Of a stretch of 29,778 nt of DNA, positions 7,612-17,397 are shown piece by piece. Every line of letters begins with the position of its first letter. The first letter of the stretch is position 1. The notes beneath the pieces are model-generated. The model was given only the letters and a program-made list of their open reading frames with translations, made no database searches and was not told the origin of the DNA. The stretch comes from Hallerella sp. Lineage in GTDB: Bacteria > Actinomycetota > Coriobacteriia > Coriobacteriales > Eggerthellaceae. Made by a program: the position numbers and the translations under genes. The stretch spans positions 1-29,778 of the forward strand of contig CAVDDP010000043.1 in assembly GCA_963607695.1 (NCBI GenBank), written 5' to 3'.

Positions 7612-9128
7612 AGCCCCTCCCTTACTATCCGATAAATGGCATCCATATCAAGCGACGCGCGCACCGTTTGGGCAAGCTGGTCGTACTGGCGGTTTTTATA
7701 TGCGCGAAAGCTTTCGGTGGGGAAGGCAACGCAAGGCAGCCCGCGCGCGCTGCAAAGCATGCGGGCAAGCTCAAAGGGAAAACTTCCTTCCTCCATAAGG
7801 CCGTGACAATAGGTGCCCATAACGTTGCGGTATACGCAACCATCGGGTGCGCTGCCGCCGCCGTTTTCATATTCCAGGTGTGCAAAGGGAATACCGCCGC
7901 TTCCTTCCTCTATAGTAGATACCCCCATATGAATCTCATAGCCATCAAGCGTGGTGCGGGAAAGGGCGGCAAGCACGCCTTCAAATGTGTTGGTGGTAGC
8001 CTTTGCGCGTGTACGTGTTTTCTTTCCGTGAAACACGGTATGAACAGGAAGAAGCCCCAGGCCACACACGCTGCCGCCGCTTTCTGTATGGTCAGGGTCG
8101 GCAATGCTTTTGCCCAGCATTTGGTAGCCGCCGCAAACTCCCAAAAGGGGTTTGCCCGTGGCGGCGTATGCGCGAATTGCCGCATCAAGGCCAACGTGGG
8201 TAAGCCAGGCAAGGTCTGACATGGTGTTTTTCGAACCGGGCACCACCAGAAAATCAGGGGCGCCCAGCTGCTGGGGAGTATACACATAGCGCACGGCAAT
8301 GCCGGGGAAGCGCCCCAGGGGGTTAAAGTCGGTGAAGTTTGAAATATGAGGCAAGCCAATAACGGCAACATCCACCATGCCGGCGGTGGGGGTGGTGGCG
8401 CCAAGGCGCCCGGAAAGCGAGTCTTCATCGTCAAGGTCTACGTGCATGTACGGAATAACACCCACCACGGGAACGTCTGTTAAACTTTCAAGCATGTCAA
8501 GGCCGTTTTCCAAAAGCGACACATCGCCCCTAAAGCGGTTGATCACCGTGCCTTTTATCATGGCTTGTTCGTGCGGCTCCAAAAGTTTAATGGTGCCATA
8601 TAAGCTGGCAAACACGCCGCCGCGGTCAATGTCTCCCACCAGAATAATGGGCGCGTGAGCCATGGCAGCCATGCCGCAGTTCACAAAATCGTTTTGTTTC
8701 AGGTTAATCTCTGCGGGGCTTCCGGCGCCTTCCAAAACAATAATGTCGTTCTGCGCGGCAAGCGTGTCGTATGCCTTTTGGATGGTGGGGCGCAGCTGCT
8801 CTTTAAACGCGTAATAATCGCGCGCGGGCATGTCTCCGTGCACTTCGCCCAGCACAATAACCTGGCTTCCGGTGTCTCCCGTGGGTTTGAGCAGCACGGG
8901 GTTCATAAGCACCGATGGCTCTATGCCGCACGCTTCGGCCTGCATAACCTGCGCGCGGCCCATCTCTAGCCCTTCAGCAGTAATATAGCTGTTCAGCGCC
9001 ATATTTTGGCTTTTGAACGGCGCCACCTTGTAGCCGTCCTGGGCAAAAATGCGGCACAGCGCCGCCGCAACAAAGCTTTTGCCCGCGTCGGATGTGGTGC
9101 CTAATACCATGATTGCTTTTGCGGTCAT
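7608..9128 (-). CDS. cbiP: Cobyric acid synthase (CbiP/CobQ)
   Basis: GTTSDAGKS, PFKSQNMALNS, EGAGSPAEINL, DIDRGG, GVCGGYQML and GTYCHG motifs. Confidence 0.97.
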   Translation of the reverse strand: MTAKAIMVLGTTSDAGKSFVAAALCRIFAQDGYKVAPFKSQNMALNSYITAEGLEMGRAQVMQAEACGIEPSVLMNPVLLKPTGDTGSQVIVLGEVHGDMPARDYYAFKEQLRPTIQKAYDTLAAQNDIIVLEGAGSPAEINLKQNDFVNCGMAAMAHAPIILVGDIDRGGVFASLYGTIKLLEPHEQAMIKGTVINRFRGDVSLLENGLDMLESLTDVPVVGVIPYMHVDLDDEDSLSGRLGATTPTAGMVDVAVIGLPHISNFTDFNPLGRFPGIAVRYVYTPQQLGAPDFLVVPGSKNTMSDLAWLTHVGLDAAIRAYAATGKPLLGVCGGYQMLGKSIADPDHTESGGSVCGLGLLPVHTVFHGKKTRTRAKATTNTFEGVLAALSRTTLDGYEIHMGVSTIEEGSGGIPFAHLEYENGGGSAPDGCVYRNVMGTYCHGLMEEGSFPFELARMLCSARGLPCVAFPTESFRAYKNRQYDQLAQTVRASLDMDAIYRIVREGL

Positions 9129-10213
9129 TGCTGTGTCCTTTCCGGGCTGCGCTGTTGCAAAACGGCATCCATTGCCTGCAGCAGCCGTTCGTTTTCTTCA
9201 TGCGTGCGCACTGCAATGCGATACCACCCCTGTTCCAGCGTGCGATAGTTCGAGCAGTCGCGCACCAGCACGCCGTGCTCACGCATTTGCTGCACAAAGG
9301 TAGGTGCGCCTGGCTGTTCGGGGATATAAAACAGCAAGAAATTCGCTTCGCCCCAGGTTGTAATGCCGCGAGCTGCCAGCTCGCACTTTAAAAAGGCGCG
9401 CTGGGTGTGCGTGATGCTGCGCACTTCTTCCACATATTCAATGCACTCAAGGGCGGCAACGCCTGCTGCCTGCGCCACATTGGAAACGCTCCAGGGTTGC
9501 CCCGCCGCGCGCATGGCTTCTAAGAGCTTGCCGTTTGAACACAACGCATAGCCCAAGCGTATACCGGGAATGCCATACAGCTTGGTAAACGCCTTTAACA
9601 CCACAAGGCAGGGGTGCTCTTTCACCCACGAAACAACGCTTATACCAGGCGCTTCATCAAGAAAACCCACAAAGCACTCGTCTATCAAAAGCGTGGCGCC
9701 CACTTCTTCACATTTTTGCAAAATGGCATGCAAAAGTTCAGGGGGAAGAATAACGCCCGTGGGATTATTGGGCTGGCACAATACCACCAGGTTGGTGGCG
9801 GGGGTAATGTGCTCCAAAAAATCTGCGCCCAGGGTAAACCCGTTGCGGGCGGAAAGCGTATAGAAATTAAGCGCGGCGCCCACCGTTGTAAGAGCCTGCT
9901 CGTATTCGGCAAACGTGGGTGCGCACAAAAGTGCGCGCTTTGGCTTGAGTGCTAAAACCAGCCGAAATAGCAAATCTGAACTGCCGTTTCCGCACAGCAC
10001 CGCGTGTTCGCTTACCTGTTCATGTGCGGCAAGGGCGCGCACCAGGCTGCGGCACAAAGGGTCGGGGTAGTTTATGGCGTCATCCACGGCGGCACACACG
10101 GCTTCCCGTACTTTTTCAGGCACGCCACAAGGCGCAATATTGGCAGAAAAATCCAACGGGCGGGTGCCGTATTCTTCCTGAAATCCTTTGATGTCTCCTC
10201 CGTGTTCAAGCAT
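9125..10213 (-). CDS. cobD: L-threonine-O-3-phosphate decarboxylase (PLP-dependent)
   Basis: HGG start, DFSAN, NPTG, DECF and KAFTKLYGIPGIRLGY motifs. Start moved to ATG 10213, which has an AAGGAG RBS. Confidence 0.9.
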   Translation of the reverse strand: MLEHGGDIKGFQEEYGTRPLDFSANIAPCGVPEKVREAVCAAVDDAINYPDPLCRSLVRALAAHEQVSEHAVLCGNGSSDLLFRLVLALKPKRALLCAPTFAEYEQALTTVGAALNFYTLSARNGFTLGADFLEHITPATNLVVLCQPNNPTGVILPPELLHAILQKCEEVGATLLIDECFVGFLDEAPGISVVSWVKEHPCLVVLKAFTKLYGIPGIRLGYALCSNGKLLEAMRAAGQPWSVSNVAQAAGVAALECIEYVEEVRSITHTQRAFLKCELAARGITTWGEANFLLFYIPEQPGAPTFVQQMREHGVLVRDCSNYRTLEQGWYRIAVRTHEENERLLQAMDAVLQQRSPERTQQ

Positions 10214-10242
10214 GCAAAAATTCTCCTTGAATGTTTTCTTTC

Positions 10243-11223
10243 CTACAAAACGGTGAAAATGAGTAAGCGTATTACCAGCGCCACAATGCAGGCGAACCCT
10301 GCTGCGGTAAGCATTAACGTTATGCTGGTAATAATGTTGGCAGGGCAAATGGGGTGCGTTGCATCTCCCACCGTTTCTTTATGAACTACCTGCCCAAAAT
10401 ACGTGGCATCTCCCAAAAGCTGCACGCCCAGCGCTCCTGCCACGGCACTTTCACATTGCCCTGAATTGGGAGAAGTGCTTTTCTTGCGGTCGCGTGCCCA
10501 TATGCGTGCCGCGCGTTTTGCGCTACAACCAGGCAAAACAGCGCTTGCTGCAATGAAAAGCAGGGCGGTTATGCGCGCGGGAATGAAGTTTGCTACGTCG
10601 TCTAGCAGGGCAGCGCAGCGCCCGAAATCAAGGTAGCGCTCATTTTTGTAGCCAATCATGCTATCCATGGTGTTAATGCCTTTGTACATCATGGCAAGGG
10701 GTGCGCCGCCTACCGCAAACCAGAAAAGCGGCGCAATAGAGCCGTCGCTGGTATTTTCCGCAATGGTTTCTACCGCAGCGCGCGTGACCCCTTCTGCGGT
10801 AAGTTCATTGGTGTCACGCCCCACCAGCCAGCCAACCTGGGTGCGCGCCTGGGGCAGGTCATGGGAGACAAGCGCCTCATATACCGGCATGCTGGCATCG
10901 CGCAAGCAGCGGGTGGCCATAATTTGGTAGAACCAGAATGTTTGCACCGCGCAAAAAAGAGCGGGGTGAATACACCAGGTAAGAACAGAAAGCGCAAGGG
11001 TGGGCAGGAGTGCTGCTGCGCACACAACAACCACCATCACGCGCCCCGCTGCACGCAGTTTTGCCGGGTTATTGCCTGCCCGCGCGCGCAAGGGGGGCTC
11101 CAGTTTTGCGATGAGTTTTCCCAGCAAAATGGCAGGGCAAATAGGGGTAAAGTGCTCTCCGAACAGAAGGTCGGCTATAAAGCCCAGCGCCAATGCAATG
11201 CTCAAGCAAAAGGAAACACTCAT
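10243..11223 (-). CDS. cbiB: Adenosylcobinamide-phosphate synthase CbiB
   Basis: VGRDT, AENTSDG, KGINTMDSMIGY, DDVANFIPAR and SPNSG motifs. Start moved to ATG 11223 (ATGA overlap with the cbiA stop). Confidence 0.95.
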   Translation of the reverse strand: MSVSFCLSIALALGFIADLLFGEHFTPICPAILLGKLIAKLEPPLRARAGNNPAKLRAAGRVMVVVVCAAALLPTLALSVLTWCIHPALFCAVQTFWFYQIMATRCLRDASMPVYEALVSHDLPQARTQVGWLVGRDTNELTAEGVTRAAVETIAENTSDGSIAPLFWFAVGGAPLAMMYKGINTMDSMIGYKNERYLDFGRCAALLDDVANFIPARITALLFIAASAVLPGCSAKRAARIWARDRKKSTSPNSGQCESAVAGALGVQLLGDATYFGQVVHKETVGDATHPICPANIITSITLMLTAAGFACIVALVIRLLIFTVL

Positions 11224-12773
11224 GGGCGCACACCTTCTGCTTTGGGGTTTTCTGCTTGTTTGCGGCCTGCTTGCGCTGCAGTTTTCGCTTGCTTGTGGTC
11301 CGCCGGCACTGAGTTTCCCCCTTCGCTTTGGCAAAGGTGCTGCTCTTGTTGAAACGCGGCGGCAGCTTCCACAAAGCCGCGCGCAAGCCCTTCGCAATTC
11401 GGCAGATAAAAATGCGGAAAGCCCGCAAACAAGCGGTTTTCCACCACGCAGCAATCCCATTGTTTGCCCGTGTGTTTTACGGCGTGGAATGCGTTTCCGT
11501 TGCAGCTGCTGTCAAAGTAATGGAATTCGTGGGCGCGCAAGGTGTTGCCTGCGTGCGTGCCCATGCCGCTTTTTTGCGCCGTAAGTTCCACATAGCCAAA
11601 GCGGGTGAGTTTGCCGGTATAGTGAACATCACCGGGGATAACGCCTGCCATGCGCCAGCTGTTGCCTTCCATATCAACCAAGCGCTCCTGCAAATACATA
11701 AAGCCGCCGCATTCCGCAAAAAAGGGCATGCCTGCTGCATGCTGTTCACGCAGCTGCTGCGCCAATGCGGTGTTTTCCTGCAGCTCTTTGGCGTGAAGCT
11801 CGGGGTAGCCGCCCCCCAGGTACACGCCGCAACAGCCCTGCGGAAGTACATCCCCTGCACAGGGCGAGAAATACGCGCACCGCGCGCCCAGCCTGCGTAA
11901 AAGCTCAAGGCTTTCCTCGTAGTAAAAGCAAAACGCATGGTCACGCGCCACGGCAATAACAGGCTGCGTGGTAGTAGCAGGGGTGCACGTGTGAGGCTCA
12001 TACTCAAGGGCAGGCGCATGGTTTGCAAGGTTCAGCAACGCTTCAAAATTGATAGTTTCATCCAACGTGTTAGCAATGGCATCTATGCGCTCTTGCAAAT
12101 TATCAATTTCATCTGCGGTAACCAGGCCCAAGTGCCGGCTTTCCAGCGCAAATTCAGGCTTGTTGGGAACATATCCCAAAACAGTAATGCCGCATTCCTG
12201 CTGTAGCGCGGGTGTTAGCAGCGCGGCAAGGTTTTTGCTGCAGCAATTCAAAATAACGCCTGCAATGTGGGAAGGTTTTCGGTACTCAATTATGCCTTTG
12301 AGCTGCGCCACCAGGGTAAGCGAGGCTCCGCGTGCATTCACAATAAGTACAACGGGCGTGTTGGTTGCGCACGCCACGTGATAGGCGCTGGCGGTATCGG
12401 TGGTGCCACCCAGGCCGTCGTAGTAACCCATAACGCCTTCAATTACGGCAAGGGGTGGGGAAGGGTTCGCGGCATGTGCGTCATCGGCGTTCGGGGTTGA
12501 ACAGGGGGGTTCTGCTTCCACGCAAGCGCCTGCCCCTTCCGCAAGCAAAGTGCACACTTCTTCTTCGCTTGAAAAATACAAATCCAGGTTGCGGCACGGG
12601 GTAGAAAGCACCGAGCGGTGAAACAGGGGGTCAATGTAGTCGGGGCCGCATTTAAAGGCGCAAACGTTCACGCCGCGGCGCGCCAGGCTGCGCAGAATAC
12701 CGCACGTTACCGTTGTTTTCCCAGACCCGCTTGATGCAGCGGCAAAAAGAACACGAGGCAGCTGCGCTAGCAT
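11220..12773 (-). CDS. cbiA: Cobyrinate a,c-diamide synthase (CbiA/CobB)
   Basis: SGSGKTT, FKCGPDYID, IEGVMGYYDG, SRHLGL, GGGYPE, AECGG and HEFHY motifs. Confidence 0.96.
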   Translation of the reverse strand: MLAQLPRVLFAAASSGSGKTTVTCGILRSLARRGVNVCAFKCGPDYIDPLFHRSVLSTPCRNLDLYFSSEEEVCTLLAEGAGACVEAEPPCSTPNADDAHAANPSPPLAVIEGVMGYYDGLGGTTDTASAYHVACATNTPVVLIVNARGASLTLVAQLKGIIEYRKPSHIAGVILNCCSKNLAALLTPALQQECGITVLGYVPNKPEFALESRHLGLVTADEIDNLQERIDAIANTLDETINFEALLNLANHAPALEYEPHTCTPATTTQPVIAVARDHAFCFYYEESLELLRRLGARCAYFSPCAGDVLPQGCCGVYLGGGYPELHAKELQENTALAQQLREQHAAGMPFFAECGGFMYLQERLVDMEGNSWRMAGVIPGDVHYTGKLTRFGYVELTAQKSGMGTHAGNTLRAHEFHYFDSSCNGNAFHAVKHTGKQWDCCVVENRLFAGFPHFYLPNCEGLARGFVEAAAAFQQEQHLCQSEGGNSVPADHKQAKTAAQAGRKQAENPKAEGVRP

Positions 12774-14023
12774 GTGCTACTCACCTGCGTTTCGCTTGGC
12801 GCTTCTTCCTGTTCCGTTTCAAAATTTTGCTGCGCGCTCATGATGTACACGGGGTTTTCGGCATTCATAAGATGATAAGGGCCGGCCTTGTGTGCGCGCG
12901 AAACACCCACTTGCACCATTTCGGTATTGTTGAGTTCAAGCTCCTTGAAGCATTGCAAAGCCACGCCAATAGTTTCCAGCGTAACCGCGGTTATCACAAA
13001 GCGAACGCGCGGGTTTTTCTTAAGCGCTACCTGCATAATGCGCAATAAATTTCCGCCCGAGCCGCCAATAAACACGCGGTGGGGTGCAGGCAGCGGCTCT
13101 AATGCTTCGGGGGCAACTCCCGCCACAATGCGTAAGTTGCACGCGCCAAAGCGTTCTTTGTTTTGCGCCAACAACTCCAGGGCAGCGCTGTTTCGCTCTA
13201 TGGCTATAACCTGCCCTTCGGGTGCTGCGAATGCAAGCTCCACGGAAACAGAGCCGGTACCGGCGCCTACATCCCATATGGTATGCCAGGGCTGCACGTG
13301 TAATTTGCAAACGGAAAGCTCGCGCACTTCTTCTTTGGTCATGGGTGCATTACCGCGCAGAAAGTCACTGTCGGAAAAGCCGGGCGCGGTATAGGGGCGC
13401 GCCAGAGGTGCCGGATTTTCTATGAGCATTACGGCAAGGTTCAAAAACTGCTGACAGGCAAGTTCTGCTGCCGTGCCACCCACAATGCGCTCTTCAGGGT
13501 AACTTAAGCGCTCACCAGCCCAAACGTGCACCTGCCCCAGCCCGCGCTCAACCAGCTCTTGGCAAATGCTGTTCACCGTTGCACTGCCGCCCGTAAGCGC
13601 AAAAACCACCGCATGGCTTTGCACGGCGCCCACCACGTTGCAGCTGCGCCCGTGAGCCGATACTAAATACGCATCCTGCCAGGGCTTTTTCAACTTCGCG
13701 CAAAAATACACCGGGGAAGAAATACCCGGTAGCGCGCAAACTTCATATTCGGTAAGCAAATCGTATAGGCCGGCGGCGCCGCTGTAAAAGCCCTGGTCAC
13801 CCGAAAGCAATACGCTTATGGTGCTTGCACCGCTTGTTTGTATTGCGTGCGCAATGTCTTGCGCAGCAATTCGCTCAAGGCGTTCGCCTTCAAAGGTGGG
13901 GAAGGCTTCAACCAGGCGTTTTGCGCCAATAATCAGCTGGCTTTCCTGTACCGCCTGCTGCGCTTCCAGCGTTAAGGTGTTGGGGTTTCCCATACCAACA
14001 CCTACCAGATATACCTTTTTCAC
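12767..14023 (-). CDS. cbiET: Bifunctional cobalt-precorrin-7 C5-methyltransferase / cobalt-precorrin-6B C15-methyltransferase (CbiE-CbiT fusion)
   Basis: N-terminal VGVGMGNP..SGD.GFYS..PGISS; C-terminal MTKEEVR..DVGAGTGSVSVE..FIGGSGG. GTG start overlaps the cbiJ stop. Confidence 0.94.
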   Translation of the reverse strand: MKKVYLVGVGMGNPNTLTLEAQQAVQESQLIIGAKRLVEAFPTFEGERLERIAAQDIAHAIQTSGASTISVLLSGDQGFYSGAAGLYDLLTEYEVCALPGISSPVYFCAKLKKPWQDAYLVSAHGRSCNVVGAVQSHAVVFALTGGSATVNSICQELVERGLGQVHVWAGERLSYPEERIVGGTAAELACQQFLNLAVMLIENPAPLARPYTAPGFSDSDFLRGNAPMTKEEVRELSVCKLHVQPWHTIWDVGAGTGSVSVELAFAAPEGQVIAIERNSAALELLAQNKERFGACNLRIVAGVAPEALEPLPAPHRVFIGGSGGNLLRIMQVALKKNPRVRFVITAVTLETIGVALQCFKELELNNTEMVQVGVSRAHKAGPYHLMNAENPVYIMSAQQNFETEQEEAPSETQVSSTC

Positions 14024-14799
14024 TGCAGTGCTCCTTGGCTCATAGTATTCGTGCTTGTTAACAACTCAAACGCTTCATCAACGCTTAACCCGCCTTTTTC
14101 AGGGGGGCGTGCAATTACTATTACGGTAACGCCGCATACCTGCGCGGCGGCAATTTTTTCAGGATAGCCGCCTTTTGCGCCACTTTCTTTGGTAACCAGT
14201 GTTTTTATATTAAAGCTGCGCAATACTTCTTCGTTTTCTTCTTGCGAAAAAGGCCCGCGCTCAGCCAGAATATGTTCACGGGGAATACCAAGTGCCAAGG
14301 CTTTTTCCACCGATGCTTCATCGTTTAACACGCGCACCACCAGGCGTTTTTGGTAGTTAGGAAGCGCCTGATAAGCGGAAAGTTCTTTGGCGCCTGTGGT
14401 AGAAAGCACCGCACCTTCTGCAGGAATAAGCGCAATAGCCTGCGCAAGGGTAGGTGCAACCAGGCACCCCGTGGTATTGCTCTGGGGGCGCAAAACGCGC
14501 ACATAAGGTTTGCCTGCTGCGCGTGCAGCTTCACGCACATGTTCACTTATACTTTGCGCATAGGGGTGAGTGGCGTCAACTACTACGTCAAACGAAGCCA
14601 TAAGCTGCACTTTTTCTTCCTGCGTTAAGGCGCCCTGGTGAAAGGAAACGTGTGGGTTGTTAACCGCAAAATCGCTCAATCCGCGCGGCGTTGCCACACT
14701 TACGCATATGCGCGCGCCCGCATTCGCTAAGCGCTGAGTAAGTTCGCGCCCTTCGCTTGTTCCCCCAAAAAGAAGTATGTTTTGCGGTGTGCGTGTCAT
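14020..14799 (-). CDS. cbiJ: Cobalt-precorrin-6A reductase (CbiJ/CobK)
   Basis: FGGTSEG, VDATHPYA, GPFS and VTKESG..G..EK motifs. Start uncertain (14799 or 14835). Confidence 0.93.
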   Translation of the reverse strand: MTRTPQNILLFGGTSEGRELTQRLANAGARICVSVATPRGLSDFAVNNPHVSFHQGALTQEEKVQLMASFDVVVDATHPYAQSISEHVREAARAAGKPYVRVLRPQSNTTGCLVAPTLAQAIALIPAEGAVLSTTGAKELSAYQALPNYQKRLVVRVLNDEASVEKALALGIPREHILAERGPFSQEENEEVLRSFNIKTLVTKESGAKGGYPEKIAAAQVCGVTVIVIARPPEKGGLSVDEAFELLTSTNTMSQGALQ

Positions 14800-14816
14800 G
14801 TAAAGCAATTTGTTCT

Positions 14817-16613
14817 CTACTGTGCGTTGTTCCATTGCTGCTTTTGCTGATACCCGCGGGGCGTTACCATCTTTCCGTTTAGTAGGCAGGTTTTTTTATT
14901 GCCCACAAAAGCGGTGCAGAACATGTCGGCATGAAATGCGCGCAGCTGCTCAAGCGTTCCGGTCCAGGTTTCTTCGCCTTCGCGGCCAATATTGCGCACC
15001 ACACCACATACGGTTTGGGGGCTTTTTCCGTGTTGCATTAACAAATCGCACGCTTTTTGCAGGTAGTCGGCGCGTTTGTGGCTTGCCGGGTTGTAAAGCG
15101 CAATGCAAAAATCGGCTTGGGCTGCTGCTGCCAGGCGCTGCTCTATCAATTCCCACGGGGTAAGCAAATCGGAAAGGGAAATAACGCAAAAATCGTGCGT
15201 TAAAGGTGCGCCCAAGCGTGAAGCCCCTGATAGAGCTGCAGTAATGCCCGGAATAACGTTAACTTCAACATTGTTGTACTCGTGCGCAAGTTCAAGGCAT
15301 AATCCCGCCATGCCGTAAACCCCTGCGTCTCCGCTGCATACCATGGCAACATCTTTGCCGCTTGCTGCCATTTCAAGGGCGGCGCGGCAGCGGTCTATCT
15401 CTTTGGTCATGGGGGTGGTAAACACGGGGGTGTTGGGGGCTACTTTTTTGGCAAGGTCAACGTATACGTGGTAGCCGCACAGCACCTGGGCGTTTTGCAG
15501 GGCAGCTATGGCTTCCTGTGACATGAAATCAACGTTTCCCGGCCCTAATCCCACCACGTTTAAGCGCCCCTGCGGTGTGGCGGGTGCAGAATTTTCCCAG
15601 CTCAAGGGCATGTCTTTTACCGCAAGCGCAAAGGTAATACCGCCAACAACCGTTTTTTGAACAAGCAGCGTGCCCCCGGCTGCCACGGCGGCGCGCTCAC
15701 AAACACAAGGGGTGCCGGCAACACTTGAAACAAAGTCAGATTGCGAGAACGTGCCTTCTTGCGCGTTCAACTCTTCGGGGCTAAACGTAACAAAGGGCAA
15801 CCCACGGTTTTGAGCAAACGCTATAAGGCCAGGCTCTTCTGCTTTTAAGCTCACGCTTGCCACGCAGCAAAGCGAGGCAGGGTGCACGTTGCATTGTTCC
15901 AAAAAGGCTGTTGCACTTTGCTCAATGCTCTTAGCTGGTGTTTCTTTGCGGCACCCTATTCCTAAGATAACAACAGGGGCAATCACGTTAAGATCGGCCG
16001 CTGCGTTGCTGCGGTATCCCACATAAAAGCGGGGGCGCTCTGAGCGTAAAGCAGCGTTGTTTGCGTGAACCATGTTTACCCCGGCGGGTGTCGTACCCGC
16101 AATAGGAGCATCACTTTCGCACTCAACTTCTTTTCCCTGCAAAAGGGCAGAAGTAATGCGCTTGATGCCAGCGGTTTGGGGAATAACAAGGCCTTGCGTG
16201 CGCGCCCAGCTATCAATGGCAAACACGTTGTTCAAATCCGACGAGGTGGTTATAACGGGGTAGGCGCCACAAAGGCTGCTCAGTGTTTGGGCAAGTTCAT
16301 TAGCGCCCCCCAAATGCCCTGATAGAAGCGGAATGCAGTTCTTTCCACAACTGTCTAGCACCACCACAGCAGGGTCACTTGCTTTGCTTTTAAGCAAAGG
16401 GGCAATGGTGCGCACGGCAATGCCTGTTGCACCTACAAACACCAGGGCATCGGCAGTGGCAAAATGCGTGCGTGCCCAATTGTTATGATCTTCTTTATTT
16501 TCGCCAAAACCGCAGGCTACGCTTATGGTGTGCCCCTGCTTTTCTAAAGCTTGCGATACGTTTTGAGCAAGGGAAAACCCTTTTTCTCCAAAGGCAATAA
16601 AAGCAATGTTCAT
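14817..16613 (-). CDS. cbiG-cbiH: CbiG (cobalt-precorrin-5A hydrolase) - CbiH/CobJ (C17-methyltransferase) fusion
   Basis: CbiG part has GATGIAVR, DPAVVV, LLSGHLGGAN and GIGCRK. CbiH part has VVGLGPG, SGDAGVYGMAG, GAPLTHDF, SLSDLLTPW and TPRGY. Start moved to ATG 16613 (AGGAG RBS). Confidence 0.94.
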   Translation of the reverse strand: MNIAFIAFGEKGFSLAQNVSQALEKQGHTISVACGFGENKEDHNNWARTHFATADALVFVGATGIAVRTIAPLLKSKASDPAVVVLDSCGKNCIPLLSGHLGGANELAQTLSSLCGAYPVITTSSDLNNVFAIDSWARTQGLVIPQTAGIKRITSALLQGKEVECESDAPIAGTTPAGVNMVHANNAALRSERPRFYVGYRSNAAADLNVIAPVVILGIGCRKETPAKSIEQSATAFLEQCNVHPASLCCVASVSLKAEEPGLIAFAQNRGLPFVTFSPEELNAQEGTFSQSDFVSSVAGTPCVCERAAVAAGGTLLVQKTVVGGITFALAVKDMPLSWENSAPATPQGRLNVVGLGPGNVDFMSQEAIAALQNAQVLCGYHVYVDLAKKVAPNTPVFTTPMTKEIDRCRAALEMAASGKDVAMVCSGDAGVYGMAGLCLELAHEYNNVEVNVIPGITAALSGASRLGAPLTHDFCVISLSDLLTPWELIEQRLAAAAQADFCIALYNPASHKRADYLQKACDLLMQHGKSPQTVCGVVRNIGREGEETWTGTLEQLRAFHADMFCTAFVGNKKTCLLNGKMVTPRGYQQKQQWNNAQ

Positions 16614-16632
16614 AGCAATACACAACTCCTGC

Positions 16633-17397
16633 TTACTTGCTTGCACATGCGGTGCGAAATTCGGTGGTAAATGTGGGGTCGTACAGCTTTGAGCGCTCAT
16701 AACTGCTGTTCAGAAAGCTGCCCACGCAAACCAGTGCTGTTTTGGTAATGTTGTTTTCCTGCGCTGTTTTTGCAAGGGTACCCACGGTGCAGGGGAATAC
16801 TTTTTCATCGGGCCATGTTGCTTTGTACACCAAAGCGGCAGGTGTGTCTTTGGTGTACGCGCCGCCTGCAAGAAGCTCTTCTTCAAGCTTTTGTAAAAGC
16901 CCGGTGGATAAAAAGATAACCATTGAGCAGCCATGACTTGCCATTTTTCGCATGGCCTCGCCCGCGGGCACGGGTGTGCGCCCTTCCATGCGCGTGATAA
17001 TAACGCTTTGAGAAACGCCGGGAAGCGTGTATTCCGCATTCAGCGCTGCTGCCGCTCCGCAGAAACTTGAAACGCCCGGGGTGTAATCATAGGCAATGCC
17101 ACGTTCGTCTAAGATATCCATCTGCTCACGAATGGCACCGTATAAACACGGGTCGCCGGTGTGCAAGCGCACCGTTGTTTGCCCTTTTTCTTCTGCCGCG
17201 CACATTACGGCAATAACTTCTTCAAGTGTCATGGTGGCACTGTTGTGAATGGCGCATTCGGGTGCGGCGTAGTCCAGCAATGCGGGGTTCACTAAACTAC
17301 CTGCATAAATAATAACGTTTGCCTGCGCTAAAAGCTTTGCGCCGCGTACCGTAATTAAATCGGCAGCTCCGCTGCCCGCTCCTACGAAATGAATCAT
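16633..17397 (-). CDS. cbiF: Cobalt-precorrin-4 C11-methyltransferase (CbiF/CobM)
   Basis: MIHFVGAG, YAGSLV, RLHTGDP, PGVSS and RSKLYD motifs. Start at 17397 (ATGA overlap with cbiD). Confidence 0.96.
   Translation of the reverse strand: MIHFVGAGSGAADLITVRGAKLLAQANVIIYAGSLVNPALLDYAAPECAIHNSATMTLEEVIAVMCAAEEKGQTTVRLHTGDPCLYGAIREQMDILDERGIAYDYTPGVSSFCGAAAALNAEYTLPGVSQSVIITRMEGRTPVPAGEAMRKMASHGCSMVIFLSTGLLQKLEEELLAGGAYTKDTPAALVYKATWPDEKVFPCTVGTLAKTAQENNITKTALVCVGSFLNSSYERSKLYDPTFTTEFRTACASK

Noticed and set aside
10214..11460. Long N-terminal extensions of cobD (to 10348) and cbiB (to 11460) in the ORF track
   Set aside because: They overlap the upstream genes. Downstream ATGs with an RBS or ATGA coupling match the family N-termini.
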